Shown here piece by piece: positions 17,633 to 25,515 of a DNA stretch of 41,024 bases. Source of the DNA: a virus (Duplodnaviria; Caudoviricetes); the IMG/VR virus record IMGVR_UViG_3300033402_000780, positions 1 through 41,024 of that record, one strand, 5' to 3'. Each line of letters begins with the position of its first letter. The first letter of the stretch is position 1. The notes under the pieces are model-generated. The model made no database searches, was not told the DNA's origin, and was given only the letters and a program-made list of their open reading frames with translations. A program made the position numbers and the translations under genes.

Positions 17633-18374
17633 CGTTCACCGCCTGTTTCGATTGTGCCCTGAATGCGGTCACCAGCGCACGTGCCTTGGCTTCGTCACTC
17701 TCAAACGCCGGCGCGGGCTTGCCGCGCTGTTTGCGGCCCATGAGTTGATCGGGAGTGATGGGATCGGCGTCGGCTTTCTTGTGAGGCATGAGCAGCCAGC
17801 TCACCTTCCATGCGGACTCCTCGCGGCGTTCGCGCGTCTCGCGCTTGTGACGCGCGGAGCGGCCCTCAAGGATGAGAATCAACTCGCTGTACTGGAGACG
17901 GTAGAACGCATCGGGCGCGAACCCCAGCTCACCGCAGACGATACGGAAGGCGTCTTCCCATGTGGTCTGCTTACCGGCGCGGCGCTTTGACTTTGTGGGT
18001 CTCGGATTCGCCTGGGCAGCTCCGCCGTAATACTGATTGAGAGCGCGGCGGATTGCCAACACGCCTTGCTCCGCCCAGTTATGCCGCTCACTCAACCACC
18101 GCAAGTCTTCCATGGTGAGCGTCTCGCTGTGCGCCTTTGCGTCCTCTTGCAAGGCTGCCCACAGGTAAAGGCGGAGATTGTCTTCATTGACGGCAAGCGC
18201 CCATTCCCGCTCACCCGTGGCCGGGTTGATACGGTGGCCCACTTCTTCCCATGCCGGAGCCTCTTTGCCGCCGGCGTTGCGGATCAGTATCTCGGAGCCA
18301 AGATTGATTTCCACGCGCCGCCGGCGGTCGAAGTCAACAAAGATCGGTTCTTTGTAGAGCACTACGTTTTGCAT
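17622..18374 (-). CDS. Tail assembly chaperone, gpG and gpT parts in one frame
   Basis: Lies between the tail tube and tape measure genes; C-half WEDAF...ELGFAPDAFYRL..SEL is gpT-like. Confidence 0.7.
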   Translation of the reverse strand: MQNVVLYKEPIFVDFDRRRRVEINLGSEILIRNAGGKEAPAWEEVGHRINPATGEREWALAVNEDNLRLYLWAALQEDAKAHSETLTMEDLRWLSERHNWAEQGVLAIRRALNQYYGGAAQANPRPTKSKRRAGKQTTWEDAFRIVCGELGFAPDAFYRLQYSELILILEGRSARHKRETRERREESAWKVSWLLMPHKKADADPITPDQLMGRKQRGKPAPAFESDEAKARALVTAFRAQSKQAVNDVE

Positions 18375-18389
18375 TTGTCCTCACCTCAA

Positions 18390-18425
18390 CCACCCCACAG
18401 ACGTGGACCTGTCTACGGGGACCCC
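18390..18425 (-). repeat. 36-nt conserved hairpin element, copy C
   Basis: GGGGT-CCCCGTAGAC-AGGTCCAC-GTCTGTGGGG-TGG, 15 nt before the chaperone ATG. Confidence 0.85.
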
Positions 18426-18429
18426 TATG

Positions 18430-18464
18430 AAAAAATGGGCGGCGCTCATTACGAGACGCCGCCC
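18430..18464 (-). terminator. Intrinsic terminator after the major tail gene
   Basis: GGGCGGCG...CGCCGCCC followed by ATTTTTT. Confidence 0.7.
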
Positions 18465-18511
18465 TCCCTCGAACCGACACGGGGTTACAGAGCCCGCGCC
18501 CTCATAAAACC

Positions 18512-19255
18512 TTACTGCACAGAGACGGTAAAGCCGGTATTGGCGGCGTTGGCCAGTGAGAAGGTTGCATCCTGCAAATCCTTCATCTTGCCAGACCACT
18601 TGTAGCTGGGAATGACCACCGTTCCCGCGTACACATCGACGCCAGAGCCGGTGCTCTGTTTGGGGAAGAGATAGATTTGCAGCGGCGTACGGTTGATGAG
18701 CGCGGCCAGAAATCCTTCCTGCCCGGCGTCTCCGGCGATGTAATCGAGCTTGGCGGTAGCGGTGAAGTCGAGCATCCCCAACATGCGGCCCTTCCACGAT
18801 CCGCCATGGTCGCTCGAATCCAACTCATCCGCCTTGAACTCGCCGTCAAGGTCCTTGAGGCCGGCAAGAATCTGCATGGCTCCGCCGGCGGCCGGAACGT
18901 AGCCCAACTGCGCTTGATAGCCTTGCAGTTTTAAGGGCGTCACATTGACGGCGGTTACCGTCTCATTGGCCGTTCCGGTGCCTCCGGTATACACAGCATC
19001 GCTATTCACATCGGGCGTGTAGGTTGTGGTGAGTGCGTTGACGCCCACCGCCAATGCGCCGGGCGGGATGGCGATGATTGCGGAGCCGGCCACCAAGTCC
19101 ACGGCGGCAGATGCGAATGCGCCACTGACGATTTTCACAGCGCCGGTGGGTGTGGCACCTGTGCCGGTGACGGCAACAGTGACCGCAACCGCCTGCACTG
19201 CGGTGACGGTAGTAGGCGCTGGGGTGACGGTTACTGTAGGCACAAGCAAAGACAT
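18512..19255 (-). CDS. Major tail tube protein with N-terminal Ig-like (Big_3-type) domain
   Basis: PTVTVTP...TPTGAV...L..GSA...LAVG...LT.TY Ig pattern, then tube domain ELDSSDH..WK..M.G. Confidence 0.8.
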   Translation of the reverse strand: MSLLVPTVTVTPAPTTVTAVQAVAVTVAVTGTGATPTGAVKIVSGAFASAAVDLVAGSAIIAIPPGALAVGVNALTTTYTPDVNSDAVYTGGTGTANETVTAVNVTPLKLQGYQAQLGYVPAAGGAMQILAGLKDLDGEFKADELDSSDHGGSWKGRMLGMLDFTATAKLDYIAGDAGQEGFLAALINRTPLQIYLFPKQSTGSGVDVYAGTVVIPSYKWSGKMKDLQDATFSLANAANTGFTVSVQ

Positions 19256-19306
19256 TTCTTATTCCTCCAGGCTCACAACTGAGAGCCGTACGTCTTGTTG
19301 CGAGCG

Positions 19307-19753
19307 TTAGCTCAGGTACGTCTTATTGACTGCCGGGTTGTTTCTGTCTACTTCTACTTCAACCCGGATCGTCATATCCACGCAAACTTGGTCGCTTGCG
19401 GACTTGTCCACGTAGCCGATTTCGATGTTATCGACGTAGACATCTTCCACAAGTTGGCCCAGCGTGGGGTCGCGGCGGATTTGAGTCCACGCCCACTGCA
19501 CAAGCGGATCGGCGGCCAGGTCAACTTCGCTGGTTGCGGCGATATTGGCGCGTACCACCATTGTGGCGTCGATCTTTACGGAGTCCTGGGCGCACTCATA
19601 CTTGCAATCGATTTTGGTGGGGTAGAGGTTGCCGGCGGTTTCAGTGTTACCCACAGCCTCAAAGCGCGCCCGGTAGAACGTAGCGGGCGCGCCGATGGCG
19701 TTGAGTGCGGTCATGATGGCCGTTGCGGCCTGTGTCCAGATGGTCTGTGCCAT
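19307..19753 (-). CDS. Tail terminator (gpU-like)
   Basis: Position before the tail tube gene; DPTLGQLV motif. Confidence 0.7.
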   Translation of the reverse strand: MAQTIWTQAATAIMTALNAIGAPATFYRARFEAVGNTETAGNLYPTKIDCKYECAQDSVKIDATMVVRANIAATSEVDLAADPLVQWAWTQIRRDPTLGQLVEDVYVDNIEIGYVDKSASDQVCVDMTIRVEVEVDRNNPAVNKTYLS

Positions 19754-19889
19754 CAGAGCCACCGTTCCTTTCCAAAGCATTCGCGGGCACCGGCTCCAAT
19801 CACAGAGAGCTTGACCCGCAAACGCTTGCGGCTTTCGATGGCCCCAAAGAAGATGCGAGCGAAGATAATGAGGCGGTCACAGAAACTCA

Positions 19890-20276
19890 TCAGAACGCCC
19901 CGCTGTACGCTTCATCGGGCACCTTGGCCGGGCCGGAGTCTTTGCTGTCGAGCAAGACAAGCTCCTCAGCAACGATGTTGGTTTTCCAGCGTTTCTGTTG
20001 GGTGTCGTCTTCCCAGGAGATGGTGCGGAGGCGGCCGGAGATGTAGACCTTGGAGCCTTTGCGGAGGTAGTCGCGGGCGATTTCAGCCAGGCGGCCAAAG
20101 AGGATCACCGAATGCCACTCGGTGTGATCTTCCCACTTATCGCTGTTGGGGACTTTCTTCCGTTCGTTGGTTGCGATGGAGACCGTCGTCCGCAACGTTC
20201 CATTTTGCGATGCTTTGGTTTCCGGCGGCTGGCCTACGTTGCCCAGCAGGGTGACTGAATTCACGCTCTTGCTCAT
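19890..20276 (-). CDS. ssb: Single-stranded DNA-binding protein
   Basis: SVNSVTLLGNVG, TEWH, YLRKGSKVYISGRLRT; C-terminal ..AF tail. Confidence 0.95.
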   Translation of the reverse strand: MSKSVNSVTLLGNVGQPPETKASQNGTLRTTVSIATNERKKVPNSDKWEDHTEWHSVILFGRLAEIARDYLRKGSKVYISGRLRTISWEDDTQQKRWKTNIVAEELVLLDSKDSGPAKVPDEAYSGAF

Positions 20277-20334
20277 GGTTGACGTTCCTTTCAACGTGCA
20301 ACATTCGATTCGTTAATCCGGTTTGCATAGCGCC

Positions 20335-20637
20335 TCATGCGCGCTTGAGATACAGCTCTGTGACCTGCATGTCGCGCGATTCAGGCAGGGAGTGGACGGT
20401 GTACGAGACACCGCCCACGGTGATGGGGTCAAGAGGTTTGGGCGTGGCCGTGAAAGCGTTGTACGGAATGTGCAGCACTATCGTGTTGCGCTCGAATCCG
20501 CCGGGGCCGCCTCCGTGGGAGAAAACATCGGTAGACGTGTCAAGGATTCCGTTCACGGCCGGCTCGTTATTCCAGATCACTGGATACTGTTGGCCAAAGT
20601 CATCGAAGAATACGTGCAGATCGGAATCACCAAACAT
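20335..20637 (-). CDS. Head-tail joining protein (gpFII-like)
   Basis: FFDDFG...GILD...D.ITVGG..YTV; size and position fit. Confidence 0.75.
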   Translation of the reverse strand: MFGDSDLHVFFDDFGQQYPVIWNNEPAVNGILDTSTDVFSHGGGPGGFERNTIVLHIPYNAFTATPKPLDPITVGGVSYTVHSLPESRDMQVTELYLKRA

Positions 20638-20645
20638 GAGCGCGC

Positions 20646-20906
20646 CTAGAAGTTCGGATTGTTGGTCAACGCATCCTGCGTAGCGTTGAAGGTGGATTGA
20701 TCGGCGGTAAGCTGAGTTTGCGCGGCGGCGACCGCAGCGGTGTCGGCTGCGATGGTTGCGGCGGTGACCGTGGCGCTTGTGGCCAGGACCGCGCGCCCGG
20801 CGGAGACGATCCAGGCCGCGTCTCCGTCGGACACGTCCACCGTGTCTCCGGCGTTATGAATCTGGCCGTTAAAAACGCCGGCTTGGGTGAGGGTGATTGC
20901 CGTCAC
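20646..20906 (-). CDS. Small capsid-region protein
   Basis: GTG start next to the upstream stop; NG....GDTVDV....A..IV..GRA motif. Confidence 0.6.
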   Translation of the reverse strand: MTAITLTQAGVFNGQIHNAGDTVDVSDGDAAWIVSAGRAVLATSATVTAATIAADTAAVAAAQTQLTADQSTFNATQDALTNNPNF

Positions 20907-20907
20907 G

Positions 20908-21210
20908 TTACTTGCCTTTCTTTGCGACGGCCAGCTCTGTTTCGAGGTTGGCAATGCGGGCCTTGAGAACTTCCTCGGTGGACGGTTGCGCGGCGCGCTT
21001 GGCGGCCTCTTCGGTGGACTTGATTTCCGCCTTGACGGCGGCGACGTTCTCGCCGGTTGCCTCGGCTACGCGGTCGTGTTGGAGAAGGTACTTGAAGTTG
21101 TGGCCGGACATCTCAACCACTTCGCCCTTTTCCATGCGCTCACCGTCCACAACCATGTCAACCCGCAACACGGCCTTGACGGTTTTGTTTCCTTTGTTTG
21201 CTGTAAGCAT
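20908..21210 (-). CDS. Small capsid-region protein (gpFI position)
   Basis: GAGG SD; DG....GEVVEM motif plus coiled coil. Confidence 0.65.
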   Translation of the reverse strand: MLTANKGNKTVKAVLRVDMVVDGERMEKGEVVEMSGHNFKYLLQHDRVAEATGENVAAVKAEIKSTEEAAKRAAQPSTEEVLKARIANLETELAVAKKGK

Positions 21211-21235
21211 CGATTACCTCTTCAGGGTTTAAGTA

Positions 21236-21253
21236 CGGGGCCTTGCGGCCCCG
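21236..21253 (-). terminator. GCAA-tetraloop hairpin after the capsid gene
   Basis: CGGGGCC-GCAA-GGCCCCG. Confidence 0.5.
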
Positions 21254-21282
21254 CCTTTGGTTGTTACTGTGTTGCGGTTGGA

Positions 21283-23313
21283 TTACGAGATTGCGATGTA
21301 GGGGTTGGCAACGAAAGCCGCAACGTGCCGGCAAGCGATGTCGTGCAGCGCGCGCTGAGTGACAACAATCGCGCCGCTGGCGGCCTGGGTGTACGGATCG
21401 ACAACCACCTCACGCGCGCCCCAATCGGCAACGATCAACTGGCCCCAATCGCCAAAGACGGCGTTGTGCAGGATGGAGCCGGTTACGCCCGCCTTGGTTC
21501 CGTTCTTGGCGAGCTGGTTGGTGACGGCCGCGCGATAGCCGGCGGGGCCTTGCGTGTCGATTCCCAGCGGGTCCTTGGGGCCGTCATCCCAGATCGGGAG
21601 AGCATAGCCGGATGCAAACTTCGGCGTTGCTTTGAGCTGGGCGCGCACTTCCGGCGTGAACATGAATCCGGAGGTAGCCACATCCGCGTTGGCGGCTGCA
21701 ACGGTGGATTCAAATGCCAGAATGTCAGCCCAGGTGAGCGGCTTGCCGCCGTCACCGAATGCAGTGCCGGAGGGCGAAAGCAGCGTGAGGCCGGTGAGGT
21801 TCATCAGGCCAACCGGGTTTGCGCCGCCGGTGGGGCCACTGAGCGCGGCCAGGTCAAGGGCCAACAGAATCACCCTGTCCTGATCGGCGCGGGCCAGGCC
21901 CTCAATATCGGGCGCGGTTTCAGCCAACAGTTCCACGGTCCATGCGGTCTGCGTCGAGATGCGATGCGGAGTCACGGAAATGAAATCCATGGACAGATCG
22001 GAGGGAGTCACAGCCGCACCCTCACCCACCCACTGCGCAGTGCCGGCACCGGACTGACGCGGCAACCGGATAACCCCGGTCAACCCGCCCAGGCGGCGCG
22101 CGCCAAGCTGCTCAACGCGCGGACGATTGCGCAGAATCTCGATGACTTCCGGCCGCGTGTAGGTTGCCACGGCGGCGGCTTCGGAGGTGACCGCAATCTG
22201 ACCGGCTCCGCTACCGATGCCCTGCGTACCGAGAGCGCGCGACATTGAGTCCGGAATCAGCGGGCCTTCCGTGGTGATCTTGAGCCTCTTTTTCAGTTCA
22301 TCGCTGAACTCGCGCTCAAGGGCCGCATCGCACAGGCTTGCAGAGAAAGAGCCGGGGCGGGCCGCATTGGTGAGCGAACGAACCAACCGGAACACGGAGA
22401 ACCGCTTCTGATCGGACTTATCCATCTCGCCGAAAAGGTTGCTGCCGGCGGTGCCCACCTTGCTGGCATCGTTGGCCGCGCAAATCTTGCGGGAGACGAG
22501 GTCGCGGAACTTGTCCGAGGAGGTGTTATCGGCGATGGCTTTCTGAGCCTCGTCAATGGTGACGTACTTGCGGAAATCGGAATCGGTCGCAACGGCCATG
22601 ATGTCATTGCGCCGCGCAAGCTCAAGTTCCGCTGCGGTTTTCTCAGCCGTTTCGGCCATGTTTCTTTTCTCCTGTGCGGGTGGAACAACGATGGAGGGTT
22701 GTGCAACGGGAGCCGGGTCAGCGCTCCGCCGCAAGACGGTTTCAATTTCAACCGGGAAGTTTTGGTCGCCGGATTCAGAGCGGCCCGCACCGACCGTGGG
22801 ATCGGCGGGCACGGTGACAAGCGATGCGTCGAACGGCTCCCAATCGGTCACACGGCATTCGTCGGGCGCATCGGGGTTATCCTCATCCTCAGTGCGGACC
22901 ATCTTGTGAACGCGGTAACCCACGGATGCGGACGTAAGAATCTTGTCGTCGTAGTCCTGGCGCTTTTCCTGCGCAAACGCCGAGCGGCTGAACGGACCCT
23001 CAACCACAAGCCGGCCGTCTTTGATTTCGTACTTGTCAACAACGCCGAGTTGTTTATTGGGATCGTGATTGAAGTTATTGGGAACCTGGCCGGAATCGAG
23101 GCGATCCGTGCGAATGCTTTTCTTGTCGTGCTGAAGAATCTCATTCGCCGCGCCCTCCCAGTAATTCCGCAGATACGGGGTTTCGCTGGAGACGGCAAAG
23201 CGAAACCGGCCCGGATCGGGGCCGGACAGCCGTTCGCCCTCTTTCGGCTCCGCGTCTATTTTTGCGGCCCGATACTGCATCGGAAGCGCCGCCGGTATGC
23301 TCTTAGTGCTCAT
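21283..23313 (-). CDS. Prohead protease-major capsid protein fusion (HK97 fold)
   Basis: Protease motifs SSETP, NHD, SVGY, DASLVTVPAD; capsid motifs WVGEG and FGDW. Confidence 0.92.
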   Translation of the reverse strand: MSTKSIPAALPMQYRAAKIDAEPKEGERLSGPDPGRFRFAVSSETPYLRNYWEGAANEILQHDKKSIRTDRLDSGQVPNNFNHDPNKQLGVVDKYEIKDGRLVVEGPFSRSAFAQEKRQDYDDKILTSASVGYRVHKMVRTEDEDNPDAPDECRVTDWEPFDASLVTVPADPTVGAGRSESGDQNFPVEIETVLRRSADPAPVAQPSIVVPPAQEKRNMAETAEKTAAELELARRNDIMAVATDSDFRKYVTIDEAQKAIADNTSSDKFRDLVSRKICAANDASKVGTAGSNLFGEMDKSDQKRFSVFRLVRSLTNAARPGSFSASLCDAALEREFSDELKKRLKITTEGPLIPDSMSRALGTQGIGSGAGQIAVTSEAAAVATYTRPEVIEILRNRPRVEQLGARRLGGLTGVIRLPRQSGAGTAQWVGEGAAVTPSDLSMDFISVTPHRISTQTAWTVELLAETAPDIEGLARADQDRVILLALDLAALSGPTGGANPVGLMNLTGLTLLSPSGTAFGDGGKPLTWADILAFESTVAAANADVATSGFMFTPEVRAQLKATPKFASGYALPIWDDGPKDPLGIDTQGPAGYRAAVTNQLAKNGTKAGVTGSILHNAVFGDWGQLIVADWGAREVVVDPYTQAASGAIVVTQRALHDIACRHVAAFVANPYIAIS

Positions 23314-23355
23314 AACTTCACTGTGCGGCGGAATGGAAAAACCCCGCTAATTTCG
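23311..23355 (-). promoter_or_regulatory. Late-promoter motif copy (capsid), leaderless
   Basis: AATTAGCG-N19-CACAGT-N6-ATG. Confidence 0.65.
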
Positions 23356-23357
23356 GG

Positions 23358-24041
23358 TCACACAGTGATGAGCATTTCCTGGCTGAGCCGCTGAGCTGCG
23401 ATTTCGCAGTAACGCTCCTCGCGCTCAATGCCGATGGCAGACAAGCCCAGGGCCTTGGCAGCTTCCAGCGTGGTGCCACTGCCCATGAATGGATCGAGCA
23501 CGGACTTACACGTGTCGGGCGCTTGCAGGATGGCCCAGCGCATTACGTCTTGCGGTTTCTGTGTGGGATGGGTGCGCACATCCTTGCAGCCGGGCTGCAC
23601 AAGAAACCCATTCCACCGATAGGCGATGCGGCGCACAGCCTTGTTGAGATTGGTCCATGCCAGTTCGCAGTCGGCAAAGTCTGTATTGCCGCGCAACTTA
23701 TCCCATACCAGCCAGCACTTGGAGGGTGGGAGTTGAAAGTAATTGCCGCCGAATATGATCTGGTACGGCGCGCATGAGCGGATGAGGTCTATCAGCTCCG
23801 CATCGGGCGGCGCATCGTCCCAAACGCCGTCGCCGTAATCGCGTTTCGCAATCATCTTTCCGGCCGCCAGGCCAGTGTGATGTTGCTTGACGCCGTGGCC
23901 GCCAAACTTATGTCGCGCCGCGCCGATGCCGTACGGCGGATCGGTGCAGAGGAGAGCAGCTTTCACGCTGCCCCCCCCTAACACCTCGCGACAATCCCCG
24001 CAATAGATGGTGATACCCGCGTGCTCATAGTACGGAGTCAT
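23358..24041 (-). CDS. DNA methyltransferase, N6A/N4C beta class
   Basis: DPPY, HPTQKP, VLDPFMGSGTT. Confidence 0.95.
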   Translation of the reverse strand: MTPYYEHAGITIYCGDCREVLGGGSVKAALLCTDPPYGIGAARHKFGGHGVKQHHTGLAAGKMIAKRDYGDGVWDDAPPDAELIDLIRSCAPYQIIFGGNYFQLPPSKCWLVWDKLRGNTDFADCELAWTNLNKAVRRIAYRWNGFLVQPGCKDVRTHPTQKPQDVMRWAILQAPDTCKSVLDPFMGSGTTLEAAKALGLSAIGIEREERYCEIAAQRLSQEMLITV

Positions 24042-24056
24042 TGGCGCTCTTTCGAC

Positions 24057-24488
24057 TTAGCTGAACAAGTGGAAGCTGAAACAGCGCGGGTTGGTGGTAG
24101 GCGCGGTCGTGGTGATGGTGAAGCTGGTACCGATGACGCGCGCGGAGACGGTGGGCGGCGCGGTGGCCGGGGTGACATTGCAGGTAACGCCCAGGTTGGT
24201 GCCCAGCGAGGAATCTTCCTGCACAATGATGTGCGACCCGGACGCAACCGCAGAGTCGTTGACCACCACGGTGGTAGCGCCAGCCGCCACAACCACGGAG
24301 CCGGTGAGGTCGTTGGCGCAAACCGCCGGGGCCGTCTTGGAAACACAATCGAGGCCGCCGTAGATGGGATGGCCCAGCGTGTCATAAGCGATGGGCGTCT
24401 GCTGTACGCTCTGCGCGCCGGAGAACGAAACAGCCAACGCCAGCGCACATGCACAGACCAAACCGAAAACCGCAAATTTCAATTTCAT
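24057..24488 (-). CDS. Exported beta-rich protein resembling a fibre C-terminal domain
   Basis: GGAGG SD; signal peptide ending SGA|Q; four mature Cys. Confidence 0.7.
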   Translation of the reverse strand: MKLKFAVFGLVCACALALAVSFSGAQSVQQTPIAYDTLGHPIYGGLDCVSKTAPAVCANDLTGSVVVAAGATTVVVNDSAVASGSHIIVQEDSSLGTNLGVTCNVTPATAPPTVSARVIGTSFTITTTAPTTNPRCFSFHLFS

Positions 24489-24537
24489 ATTCCCTCCTTG
24501 GGAATGGGTTGAGGCATCGAAACCACGATGCGGTGGG

Positions 24538-25515
24538 TTAGTCAACCACAGTGCCGGCGCAAGTTTTGCCGTCATAACTCCACACCACGAGCGTGCTGAA
24601 ATTGACCCAGGTGGGAATTACAAAGCTATTTCCAGACATGGACACATTCCCCACGGACCATTGCCATGTGCAACCCGATCCGAGAGTGACGGTCTGCGCG
24701 CCGGCGGCCTCGCCCATGGCATTGAGGACGAGCATGTAACGCCCTCCGGCCACCATGCCTGTGAGGTTGATGGTGCGCGCGGTGAGACCGTCCGCAGTCG
24801 GCACGCACGATTGCAGCGGCGCGGCACCGCAGTTGTTCTGCGGACCGGCCAGAGCGTAGAGCGGCAACGTCGCCGCGTTGAGGTTAGGGTTCGTAGCGTT
24901 CCATGTGACCACCGCCGCATCGGTAAGCGCAACGGGCGTGATGGAACCACCAGCGGTGATGTTATTGCTCACCATCGAATTCCACATGCCGATCATGTCT
25001 GGCGGCCCAGGTAATCCGGGGAAGCTGGTTTGCGGGATAGTCAGCACGGGGATGTAGTTATCGAAGTTGCATACGCCGGCCTGACACCAATCGGTTGGCG
25101 AGGTTGCGGTGCCATGCGGTTGAACGCATGAATAGCCCGGGCCCAGAACCTGTGCGCCGTTGAGCTGCGCGGTTACCTTGAAACACAGATTCGGAGGCGT
25201 GGTCAAAGTAACGTCGGGAAGGGTGATTGAAAACACGCCGTCTACCGCGTAGGCTGTGCAGGCTAGAGAGATGGACTGGCCGCCGTTCGGCATCTGGTAA
25301 CTGGCTGCTACGCCATTTGCCAACGTTGGCTGAAAGGACACAATGCCCGTGAGAGGCGTCAAGCCGCCAAGGTCGGAAGCGGTCACAGTCACCGTGCCTT
25401 GCGTACCGGCAACCAAAGACGAACAGGGTACAGTCTTCACGGTCTGCGCGGGGAGCGATGCGATTCCGGCAAGCATCGCGAGGGTAATGGCTGCAATTCG
25501 TAACAAGCTCTTCAT
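24538..25515 (-). CDS. Signal-peptide-bearing fibre-like protein
   Basis: ATGA overlap with the portal stop; signal peptide ending LPA|Q; 10 Cys; GLPGPP linker; LTDAA..TW...RT...G.YML.L...G..TVT.GS..W...YDG domain. Confidence 0.7.
   Translation of the reverse strand: MKSLLRIAAITLAMLAGIASLPAQTVKTVPCSSLVAGTQGTVTVTASDLGGLTPLTGIVSFQPTLANGVAASYQMPNGGQSISLACTAYAVDGVFSITLPDVTLTTPPNLCFKVTAQLNGAQVLGPGYSCVQPHGTATSPTDWCQAGVCNFDNYIPVLTIPQTSFPGLPGPPDMIGMWNSMVSNNITAGGSITPVALTDAAVVTWNATNPNLNAATLPLYALAGPQNNCGAAPLQSCVPTADGLTARTINLTGMVAGGRYMLVLNAMGEAAGAQTVTLGSGCTWQWSVGNVSMSGNSFVIPTWVNFSTLVVWSYDGKTCAGTVVD

Noticed and set aside
20887-22248. Long plus-strand ORFs (for example 453 aa here, 9435-10319, 29131-29961)
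   Set aside because: Antisense shadows of well-supported GC-rich genes, with no recognisable motifs
23358-24041. Restriction-modification system
   Set aside because: No adjacent endonuclease; looks like an orphan phage methyltransferase
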